From Gemmatimonadales bacterium (GTDB taxonomy: Bacteria > Gemmatimonadota > Gemmatimonadetes > Gemmatimonadales > GWC2-71-9): a stretch of DNA of 13,979 bases. Where the stretch lies: positions 1-13,979 of the forward strand of contig JBDIWC010000077.1 of assembly GCA_039794085.1 (NCBI GenBank). The letters are read 5' to 3'. The translations under genes and the position numbers were made by a program. Shown piece after piece: positions 6,197 through 13,854 of the stretch. The notes under the pieces are model-generated. The model ran no database searches. It had not been told where the DNA came from and was given only the letters and a program-made list of their open reading frames with translations. Within the stretch, counting starts at the first letter, position 1; each line of letters starts with the position of its first letter.

Positions 6197-8731
6197 TCAG
6201 GCTGGTCGCACGCGGACGCACGCCTCCTTGTGGAGGGCCATTCCCGAAAGCGGATCGGACACGGTCGGCCGGAGGGCGGCATCCGAGGTACCTCGACCCA
6301 TGGCCCTGCGCCCGAGCGCGGTGTGTCCGAATCCGTGCTGGAGACCGACGACCTCCGGATGGATGCGTTTCGAGGTTTCGACCACGGCTCGCACCTGCCC
6401 ATGCCGGGACTCGATGATGACCTCCTCACCGGTGTGGATGCCGAGGCGTGCAGCCGTCTCGGGGTGAATGATGAGCGGCGCGAACGACCTGAGTTCCAGG
6501 AGCCAGGAATTGTTCTGGGTGCGCGTATGGGTGTGGCTTGCTTCTTTCCAGTTGATAAGATAGAGGGGATAATCCCTGTCAGGTTGCCAGTCGCGCGGCC
6601 GGTACGCCGGCAACGGATCCACCGGCCGGCCGGCCGCGTCTTCCAACCCGCCCCAGTGCCGCAAGGTGAACTCGACCCTTCGGCTTGGCGTCGAGAAACC
6701 GGCCCTGACGACGCCGTTCACCACGACACCGATCGGCACCCCATGATCGGTTCGGGATCCGTCATAGACCACCGTCCCATCCGGGTACTTCCCACCGGGT
6801 CCAGGCGGCCGATCGTACCACACCGACACGAGTCGCCCAGCGGGAAGCTCTGCGGCGTACTTCTCGTATTTCGTTCCCTCCCGGTCAACCCACACCGCGC
6901 CCGGCAACGCCTTCAGCTCATCCAAGGTAATGCCCGGCGCTCCCTGCACGAGCTCGTTCGAGAGATAATCCTCATACCAGGCGGTGACATCCTCGATCGG
7001 GGCCCCTGACAGCGGCCCCACGCGGAAGAAGTCTTTGCCGGCGCTATCCCTCAGGCCCAATCGGCGCCCCAGCTCCGCCACGATCTCGTATTCCGCCGGC
7101 TGGCCGAAGAGCGGTCGCACAACCGGTTGGCGCAATCCGAGGGCCGGCCATGTAACCCAGTGCGTATTCAGATCGTAGCGCTCGAAATAGACGGTGCCCG
7201 GCAGCACATAATCGGCCAGCATGGCGGTCTCGCTGAGCATGGTGTCGATCACGACCAACTTGTTGAGTTTCGCGAGCCCTGCCGCGACCGTCTCGGATCC
7301 CGGCACCGACATCATCGGGTTCTGAAAAACACAGAACATCATCTTGGGACGATAGGGGCCTTGCTCCTGTGCAAGATTGCTGAACATCTGCGTATAGACG
7401 CCCGACTTGTGCCCCAAGGGATATCGGGACAGCTCGTCGAAGCGAGGCTGCCGGCCCGTAGCCGCTGACCTCTCCGCGGGCGATACACTGACATGCTTGT
7501 TGCCACGCGTGTCGGGAATCATCATGCCACCCGGTTGGTCCCACGTGCCGAGGAGGGTGTTGAGCATGGCGATAGCCCTGCCGCCCTGCACGCCGTTCGA
7601 GTGTTGTCCCGGACCGCTCCAGGCATCCACGAGCGCGGGTTTGGTGGTGGCGAGTTCCTTTGCCAGCCGCTCGATCACGGAGGCCGGTACCGTGCTGATG
7701 CTTTCCGCCCAGGCCGGGGTGGCCGAGGTCACCAAGTCGGCATATTCCTCGAATCCCACCGTCCAGCGGGCGATAAAATCCTTGTCATACAGGCCGTCTC
7801 GAATGATGACATGTCCCATGGCCAGCGCCACAGCGCCGTCGGTGGCCGGCCGCAGGGGCACCCATTCATGCGCCTTGGCGGCCGTATCAGAAAGGTACGG
7901 GTCGACGATCACGAGACGGGCCCCGCGCTCCACGGCGCGGGTCAGGATGCGAGGCAGATAGACCCACTTGATGGCGCTGGTCGGATTCCAGCCGAAGAGC
8001 AGGATGTATTTCGACTGGATAAAGTCGGCGAGCGGGCGGTCGTGACCCACGACGCTGCGGAAAAATGCCTTGCGGGCGACATCGCACAGGTTGCTGTGCA
8101 TGCTGTAGTTGGGAGTGCCAAACAGGGTGCAGAAGTCCGCCTGGATGTGGGTAAAGGAATGATCCTCGCTCATCCAGAGAAGCTTGTGGGCCTCTCCCGC
8201 ATCGCGCAGTGTCCGCAGTTCCGCGGCGATCTCGTCCAGGGCCTGCTCCCAGCTGATCTCCTGCCAGCGGGGATCGCTTCCGGGACTCCGATCCGGATTG
8301 GTTCGCTTGAGCGGTTGTTTCACGCGATCCGGATCGTACAGCTGCATGATCCCCGCGTTCCCTTTCGGGCAGAGCGCCCCGCCCTCGGCGCACCCGTATT
8401 CCTCGGTATATCCGTCGAAGAAATCCGTCGAGATGTTGCTGTAATTGTTCGGATTCCAGTGATTGGGCTCGATCTTCTGGAGTATGCCATCCACGACGTG
8501 GCACAGGATGCCAGACTGTCCGCCGCACATGTTGCAGCAGGATGGGATCCACTCACCGGCCTCGCGTCCGAGGAGCGCTTTCGCCTGGTCGTTGGATGGA
8601 AGCGTGTGTTCCTGGGCCCCGAAGGACACTCGCCTGGTTCCGGCGGCACCGGCGACACCGGCTGCCGCGACGCCGGCCGCCACCCTGATAAACCGCCGCC
8701 GGCCCGTTTTCGCATCAGGTTCGTAAGCCAT
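6197..8731 (-). CDS. Tat-exported molybdopterin (Mo/W-bisPGD) oxidoreductase catalytic subunit, PsrA/PhsA/TtrA/ArrA-like
   Basis: Tat signal GRRRFIR; Fe-S region CCNMCGGQS...LCPKG; LYDPDRVKQPLKR; WQEISWEQALDEIA; putative Mo-ligand Cys in FGTPNYSMHSNLC; SETAMLADYVLPG; C-terminal dinucleotide-binding domain HTHTRTQNN..IHPETAARLGI. Confidence 0.95.
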   Translation of the reverse strand: MAYEPDAKTGRRRFIRVAAGVAAAGVAGAAGTRRVSFGAQEHTLPSNDQAKALLGREAGEWIPSCCNMCGGQSGILCHVVDGILQKIEPNHWNPNNYSNISTDFFDGYTEEYGCAEGGALCPKGNAGIMQLYDPDRVKQPLKRTNPDRSPGSDPRWQEISWEQALDEIAAELRTLRDAGEAHKLLWMSEDHSFTHIQADFCTLFGTPNYSMHSNLCDVARKAFFRSVVGHDRPLADFIQSKYILLFGWNPTSAIKWVYLPRILTRAVERGARLVIVDPYLSDTAAKAHEWVPLRPATDGAVALAMGHVIIRDGLYDKDFIARWTVGFEEYADLVTSATPAWAESISTVPASVIERLAKELATTKPALVDAWSGPGQHSNGVQGGRAIAMLNTLLGTWDQPGGMMIPDTRGNKHVSVSPAERSAATGRQPRFDELSRYPLGHKSGVYTQMFSNLAQEQGPYRPKMMFCVFQNPMMSVPGSETVAAGLAKLNKLVVIDTMLSETAMLADYVLPGTVYFERYDLNTHWVTWPALGLRQPVVRPLFGQPAEYEIVAELGRRLGLRDSAGKDFFRVGPLSGAPIEDVTAWYEDYLSNELVQGAPGITLDELKALPGAVWVDREGTKYEKYAAELPAGRLVSVWYDRPPGPGGKYPDGTVVYDGSRTDHGVPIGVVVNGVVRAGFSTPSRRVEFTLRHWGGLEDAAGRPVDPLPAYRPRDWQPDRDYPLYLINWKEASHTHTRTQNNSWLLELRSFAPLIIHPETAARLGIHTGEEVIIESRHGQVRAVVETSKRIHPEVVGLQHGFGHTALGRRAMGRGTSDAALRPTVSDPLSGMALHKEACVRVRPA

Positions 8732-9973
8732 TCAGTGCGTCTCCGTTGGTGACCTGGGAAGCAGCGCGTCGCCCAGCCCGAACAGCAGCATGCCCAATCC
8801 TGAAATGCCGATCGTCAAGAGCCACTCGGAAAGAGAGGGAAAGTAGGTCGGGGTGATCCGCGGGGTATCCACCGAGGCGGCCAGGCCGTGGATTTCCTCC
8901 ACGGCGAGGCCCGGAATGACGATGTTCAGACGCAGTCCGAAGATGCCGACCACCACCAGCGCGCAGGCGACGACGATGGCCCAGGGGTTCTTTCGGGTCG
9001 GCAGCCCGAACACGAGCAGCGGAACGATCACGCCGAGGAGGAGCTGGCCAAACCAGAAGACTTCCTTGTAGGGCCCCTCAAGCACCAGGAGGAGACCCGC
9101 GGTGTGTCCCGGGATGCCACCTCGGAAGGCGACGAGATACTCCGATATCTGGAACAGGACGTCCAGCGCGAGCAGGGCAGCCACCAGTCGGCCGAGATCA
9201 AGAATAAGCCCGCGATACCGACGCACTCCATCCTGAAAGACCGCCGCGATCACCGCCAGCAAGGCGCCTCCGCTCACCAGCGCGGACAGCAGAAACAGAA
9301 TCGGGAAGAGACCGCTATGCCAATGTGGCCGACTGGCGACGGTCCCGAACAGGGCACCCACGCCACCGTGAAACATGATGGCCACCGGCACGCCAATGGT
9401 GGCCAGCACCGTGACGACGCGCCGATCCCGCAGGGCTCGGGTAGGCGAATGGTCCGATGCGCCGAACGTCATCAGCCCGTACAGCCAGGACCAGGGGCCA
9501 TCCCCCTTCGCCAACCGCACCAGATCAACGCGCAGCAGGAACCAGAGTTCGAGGGCGAGGATGATCATGTACAAGGAATACAGGTAGATCATCCAGGCCA
9601 TCGGCGACTTGAAGTTCGCATAGACCATCACGTGCCAGGCGCGCGTCATATGCCCCAGATCAACCACGATGGACAGCAGCGCCATCAGCAATGTCACCAG
9701 GGCCGTGAACAAGGCAACGCGGCCGATCGACTCGAACCGCTCCATCCCAAACACGTAGACCAGCGAGGAGATGAGGAAAGCTCCCGCCGAAAGCCCGATA
9801 AAGAAGATGTAGGCCGCAACCCAGAGGCCCCAGACGACGATGTTACCGTATGCCGCATCGGCGTGTCCGTGCGCCAAGCGGCTGTACCAGCCCGCCAGGC
9901 CCACGACGAACATCAGTCCTCCGAGTATCCAGAAAACGGTTTTGAGCGGTTCGCCTCGGGTCGGTTCCTTCAC
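8732..9973 (-). CDS. nrfD: NrfD/PsrC family molybdoenzyme membrane anchor subunit
   Basis: WGLWVAAYIFFIGLSAGAF, DLGH..R.W, SPMAW, H.GVGALF, LFLLSALVSG and RLNIVIPG motifs; many hydrophobic helices; GTG start after AGGAG; stop abuts the next ATG (TGAATG). Confidence 0.93.
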   Translation of the reverse strand: MKEPTRGEPLKTVFWILGGLMFVVGLAGWYSRLAHGHADAAYGNIVVWGLWVAAYIFFIGLSAGAFLISSLVYVFGMERFESIGRVALFTALVTLLMALLSIVVDLGHMTRAWHVMVYANFKSPMAWMIYLYSLYMIILALELWFLLRVDLVRLAKGDGPWSWLYGLMTFGASDHSPTRALRDRRVVTVLATIGVPVAIMFHGGVGALFGTVASRPHWHSGLFPILFLLSALVSGGALLAVIAAVFQDGVRRYRGLILDLGRLVAALLALDVLFQISEYLVAFRGGIPGHTAGLLLVLEGPYKEVFWFGQLLLGVIVPLLVFGLPTRKNPWAIVVACALVVVGIFGLRLNIVIPGLAVEEIHGLAASVDTPRITPTYFPSLSEWLLTIGISGLGMLLFGLGDALLPRSPTETH

Positions 9974-9982
9974 AGCGCGCTC

Positions 9983-11911
9983 CTAAAGCAGGTACAGGAC
10001 ATTCGGTTGGGCGCCGAGTTCATCCTTGCTCCGAACCGGTTGGCGCTCGCGTATCAGACGGGACACATCGCTTTCGGGATCCATGAAGTCCCCAAAATGG
10101 ATCGCATGTCCGGTGCAGGTCTTGGCGCACGCCGGCCACCGCCCTGCCTTCCGGTCGTATTCGCCGTGTTCATCCTGCAGGTGGAGACAAAACGTGCACT
10201 TTCGGACGTTGGCGATCGGTGACGCGTCAGGGACCCGCGGCCGGAACTGGTTGTACTCCGGTGAGGGGGGAAGGTACGGTCCATCGGCGGTTTCGGCGGC
10301 ATAGTCCTCGCCGAAGTCGAAGAATCGCGCTCCATACGGGCAGGCGGTCTGACAGTACCGGCACCCGATGCAGCGATCGTAGTCCACCACAACGATGCCG
10401 TCGCGCTTTCGCTTGAAGGTCGCCGAAACAGGACACACGTCGACGCAGGGCGGTCTCTCACAGTGGAAGCAGGGTTTGGCCGTGAAGAGTGGCTTGTCGT
10501 CGGGGCGCTCCCCGAACATGTTCCTGGTCACGACCATGTAGTTCACACCCGGGGGTGTCTTGTTCTCGGCCTTGCACGCAATGACGCAGGCCTCGCACCC
10601 CACGCACCGCTTGGTGTCGATCACCATGCCGTAACGGTGCTCCGGCTCCTCCGCGGCCACCGAACTCGAGCAACCAGTCACCGCGATCGCTCCGGTGAGC
10701 GCCGCGCCGGCAGCCCGGACGAACTCTCGCCGCGAGGGACCGTCGGTCCCCGCCCTGGACCAGGGCGGAACATTGTCTGTCGTGCGGGTGGAAGGTGTGG
10801 GAGCGGTGGCGATCAAGTCGGCACCCTTGCACTGTTCACACAGGCGCAACGCGGCCCGCCCCGCCCCATCCTGGTGGGGCAGTTTTTTCTCGATCTGCCG
10901 GACCAGTGGTTCCGGGAGGTGCGGGCGCCCGCATCGGGTGCACGTCGCCAGGGGCGCGAGCGCCAGGAGACGTGGTTCGGCATCTGCCGAAACGACGGAC
11001 ACCAGCGTGATCGCGTTCTCGGGGCATATTCCTGCGCACAGGGTGCAGCCGATGCAGGCGGCCGCGCGGCCAAACAGACTGCCGCCGTCCCGGCTCAGGC
11101 CAAGGGCTCCGGTCGGACAGACGAAGGCGCACGCACCACACATGGTACATGCCTGCGTATCGACTGCCACATGGCGCCACGGAACGACACCCTCGAGCGG
11201 GCCAGCATGGGGCCGGGGGGAAGAACCGGCCGCCATGGCAGCCAGGAGCGCGGTCCGCCGTTCCGCGCGGGTGCCCGACGGAGCGACATCCGGCGTCCCG
11301 CGTGCAGCGCGCGGCGTGCGAGCCCGGTCCAGGCCTCCCGGCCCTGGACGGCTGCCGATCGCGACTCTCGATCCGTCCTGTCCGAAGGACCTGAGGACCG
11401 CCGTCGCGGTCGCCACCGCGCGGTGCGGCTGCACGTGCGGCCAGTGCGGGCAGCGCTCATCCGATTCGATGAACACGGCCCCGGCTCCACGCGCGACAGC
11501 GAAGAGAAGCAGGTCGTCCGAGATCATCTGCACGCAGGGCAGGCGCAGGCGAAGCGCCTCGGGGCCCACCGCGGCGGACGGGAACGCGTGATCATGTCCG
11601 CACGAGAGGATGAGCACCGACGGATTCTGTTCCGCCGCCGCGATCACGTCCGTGAAGAGCTCGGGGTCCGGCAGATACGCGCGCTCGAGCGCACCCGTAG
11701 GGCACGCCGCGGCGCAGGCGCCGCATCGCCGACAGGCGTCGGCGTCGATCGCCGGGCCGAGGTCACCGAAGCGGAGCGCCTGATGCGGGCAGACGTCCGC
11801 GCAGGCACGGCAACCCTGAACGCCAAAGCGCGAGGCCGCGCAGGCGTCCTGCCGGAAGCGTGGTGGATAAAGGCTCAACGGCTGAGCCATTTTCTGGCTC
11901 TCATCAATCAT
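9983..11911 (-). CDS. polyferredoxin fused to a PsrB/TtrB/NrfC-type 4Fe-4S subunit, with internal Tat-like signal
   Basis: N-half has four ferredoxin-type motifs plus CTRC..CEQC; SRREFVR..VTGC at residues 393-414; C-half has YGMVIDTKRCVGCEAC, PCFHCERPPCVDVCP, CIGCRYCQTACPY, KCTFC..PACAKTC..FGD. Start at ATG 11911 after GGAGA (alternative 11890). Confidence 0.9.
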   Translation of the reverse strand: MIDESQKMAQPLSLYPPRFRQDACAASRFGVQGCRACADVCPHQALRFGDLGPAIDADACRRCGACAAACPTGALERAYLPDPELFTDVIAAAEQNPSVLILSCGHDHAFPSAAVGPEALRLRLPCVQMISDDLLLFAVARGAGAVFIESDERCPHWPHVQPHRAVATATAVLRSFGQDGSRVAIGSRPGPGGLDRARTPRAARGTPDVAPSGTRAERRTALLAAMAAGSSPRPHAGPLEGVVPWRHVAVDTQACTMCGACAFVCPTGALGLSRDGGSLFGRAAACIGCTLCAGICPENAITLVSVVSADAEPRLLALAPLATCTRCGRPHLPEPLVRQIEKKLPHQDGAGRAALRLCEQCKGADLIATAPTPSTRTTDNVPPWSRAGTDGPSRREFVRAAGAALTGAIAVTGCSSSVAAEEPEHRYGMVIDTKRCVGCEACVIACKAENKTPPGVNYMVVTRNMFGERPDDKPLFTAKPCFHCERPPCVDVCPVSATFKRKRDGIVVVDYDRCIGCRYCQTACPYGARFFDFGEDYAAETADGPYLPPSPEYNQFRPRVPDASPIANVRKCTFCLHLQDEHGEYDRKAGRWPACAKTCTGHAIHFGDFMDPESDVSRLIRERQPVRSKDELGAQPNVLYLL

Positions 11912-12010
11912 AGATCTCCCAGGCATCGGTCTCCCAAGTCGTCTAACGCCCACGTCTCCGTGGCACTCGACAGTACTCAACTTCGAATTACAGCTTCCGG
12001 AGGACAAGTT

Positions 12011-12024
12011 TTGATGAAGATCCA
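12011..12024. promoter_or_regulatory. FNR/CRP-family-like box upstream of the molybdoenzyme operon
   Basis: TTGAT-GAAG-ATCCA, one mismatch to the FNR consensus TTGAT-N4-ATCAA, in an AT-rich patch ~100 bp upstream of ATG 11911; candidate -10 TGTAAT at 11992-11987 on the minus strand. Confidence 0.45.
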
Positions 12025-12209
12025 TACAGGATTGCTTCAGGGCTCCGCGTGCCTGGCGTCCTCGGTGCACCGATCAGGCTGACTTCCCGGCCGCATCTGC
12101 CGGGATTCGCCTCATGCGCTGGAATCCCTTCGGTTCCCGCAGGCTCGGGATGGAGCCGGGGGAACCAGATACACCCACTCCGCCATGGTTCCGGACACCA
12201 TCCGGATCT

Positions 12210-12322
12210 GCGCAAGCGGACCCGACCGGGCCGGCCAGGCCGATCTGCTCCCATGCCGCCCCGAGTTGGGGATATCGCGTGATGACATCGGTGTACGTGC
12301 GGGGCGGCGTCGGCATCGGCAT
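12210..12322 (-). pseudogene. carboxymuconolactone decarboxylase (CMD/AhpD) family 5' remnant
   Basis: MPTPPRTYTDVITRYPQLGAAWEQIGLAG and, after a +1 shift, RSGPL resemble the N-terminus of small CMD proteins (..RYP.L..AW......G..GPL); recognisable similarity stops afterwards. Confidence 0.55.
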
Positions 12323-12337
12323 CGGACCGATTCCTGA

Positions 12338-13375
12338 TCAGAAGGTGACGGAAAAGGTGGTTCGGAGCATGAGATCCGAACCTGGTTTCGGGGTCGCGTC
12401 GTGGTAGAGCACGGCCTCCAGGTTCGGAATCAAATGGAACCGCTTGTCCATCGCCACGTCAATGCCCCCCAGCAGAAGCGTGGATTCGGCGGTATTGTCG
12501 ACGGGCAGGTACGGGATCTTGCTCCCCTCGGGGTTGGGGTCCAGCATCCGGTCCACCCGCCCCATCAGCTTCACCCTCTCATGGGCTTTGATCACGACGA
12601 AGCCCGACGCGACCCGGAGCACGATCGGGCTGTCTCCTTCCACGTTCCGCCGCTGCCGGGCGTACATGGCGCCGATCTTTCCCCAGGCGCCCTCATAGCC
12701 GGCGAAGCCCTGCAGCACGTTGCGGTCGTTGTCCCCAGGGCGTCCCTCGTAGTCGGCGTAGACCTCGAACATCAGGCCCTTGACCGGATGGAAGCTGAGG
12801 GCGCCGTAGGCCTTCTTGTCCTGGTCCACCTCGTCCTTGGTGCCGGCCCCCTGGCCCAGCATGATGTGGTATCGCACCTTCCCTTTCGCATCGACATACC
12901 CCTTGGCGAGCAGTCCGATGTCGCGCGACGAACCCATCCGTTGCAAATCGAGCGGGGTTTTCTCCACGTCCCGTGCCCCCCAGAACGCCTCGATGACGTC
13001 CCAGGTCGGACTGCTGGCCATGCCCAGGAAGATCTGGTGGTTGCCCCGAGACCAGCGCACGTAGAGGTCTTTCACGAAAGGGGTCAGGTTGCTGGAGGTC
13101 TTGAAATCTCCCGCGGAGTTCATCTCGAACCGGATGCGGAACGCGAGCGCCTTGGCCAACTTGCTGTCCAGGGTGAGATAGACCCGGCGGAACCAGAGGC
13201 CGTCGGCGCCCTCGACCTCCTCATTGTGGTTGGCCGCCATCACGTAGACGTCGCCGAACACGACCCCGCTCACCTTGGTGCGCTCCAGCCAGTCGGGCAG
13301 CGACTGGGCCGCCAACGGCATGGCGGCCGCGAGCAAGGCGCAGCATGAACCGATACTACGGTATGGCACCATCAT
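12338..13375 (-). CDS. outer-membrane porin, probably OprO/OprP-like (phosphate/oxyanion-selective)
   Basis: Signal peptide (CCALLAAAMPLAA-Q), KVSGVVFGD, FRRVYLTL, FVKDLYVRW, SSRDIGL, amphipathic strands and terminal Phe (TTFSVTF); start ATG 13375 after GGGGA. Confidence 0.8.
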   Translation of the reverse strand: MMVPYRSIGSCCALLAAAMPLAAQSLPDWLERTKVSGVVFGDVYVMAANHNEEVEGADGLWFRRVYLTLDSKLAKALAFRIRFEMNSAGDFKTSSNLTPFVKDLYVRWSRGNHQIFLGMASSPTWDVIEAFWGARDVEKTPLDLQRMGSSRDIGLLAKGYVDAKGKVRYHIMLGQGAGTKDEVDQDKKAYGALSFHPVKGLMFEVYADYEGRPGDNDRNVLQGFAGYEGAWGKIGAMYARQRRNVEGDSPIVLRVASGFVVIKAHERVKLMGRVDRMLDPNPEGSKIPYLPVDNTAESTLLLGGIDVAMDKRFHLIPNLEAVLYHDATPKPGSDLMLRTTFSVTF

Positions 13376-13465
13376 TGAGGTCCCCGGCGCATGTGGCATT
13401 ACACGGTCGATCAGGCCCGGTCGTCCATGACGCTGTGACGCAGCCGCTAACGACGGGCGACATTC

Positions 13466-13498
13466 ATGGTAGCGGGGTCATGTGAAGGGTGTGTGAAG
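13466..13498 (-). promoter_or_regulatory. Pho-box-like (OmpR/PhoB family) tandem site plus -10 element for the porin gene
   Basis: Minus strand CTTCACA-cacc-CTTCACA (13498-13481, 11-bp period), 9 nt, then TACCAT (13471-13466). Confidence 0.6.
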
Positions 13499-13600
13499 AT
13501 CGGCACAAGGATTATTGTCCGCCGACGTCGACGACGACACTTCGCGCGTCGAGACAAACGTGCGTCGCCAATCTGGAACGGGCGCCGTAACCTCCAGGGC

Positions 13601-13854
13601 ATGCCTCGGTGGCCTCAGGCCCCGCTCCTCGACCTCCTCGCCTCGCCGCGCCGCCGGGAGATCCTGCGGCTCACTTGGCGCGCCGAGTGCTCGGCCGGGG
13701 AGATCCACACCGCGATGCCCGAGGTCACATTCGGCGCGGTCTCCCAGCATCTGGCCCGCCTGCGCAAAGCGGGAGGTCGATGCGTTCGGCGGGCCGGCAA
13801 CGCTTCTACCGGGCCTGCCCCGACGTCCTGGGACCGGTAGGTCGGATCCTGAAA
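13601..13854 (+). pseudogene. ArsR/SmtB family HTH transcriptional regulator, frameshifted
   Basis: LDLLASPRRREILRLTW..ECSAGEIH..MPEVTFGAVSQHLARLRKAG in the ATG-13601 frame (stop at 13840); the wing segment GRQRFYRACPDVLGPVGRIL continues in another frame after ~13775. Confidence 0.85.
13627..13692 (+). repeat. 66-bp direct repeat, right copy
   Basis: Matches 6059-6124 with one mismatch (C6105 vs A13673). Confidence 0.92.

Noticed and set aside
6130..6199. Selenocysteine readthrough of the molybdoenzyme TGA
   Set aside because: The TGA follows the family-typical terminus (VRVRPA), and the putative Mo ligand is an ordinary Cys codon.
6197..8731. Specific call as arrA, arxA, ttrA or psrA
   Set aside because: ArrA and ArxA signature motifs are absent, and substrate cannot be assigned without phylogeny.
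11961..11977. Sigma54 promoter at TGGCAC
   Set aside because: There is no TTGC -12 element at the required spacing, and it faces away from the operon.
7493..13348. Long plus-strand ORFs 7493..8752, 8888..10222, 10463..12082 and 12401..13348
   Set aside because: Each mirrors a well-supported minus-strand gene and has no domain signature.
13492..13507. CRP-like site TGTGA-N6-GCACA
   Set aside because: It overlaps the 11-bp-period direct repeat, whose spacing to the -10 fits a PhoB/OmpR-type box better; not fully excluded.
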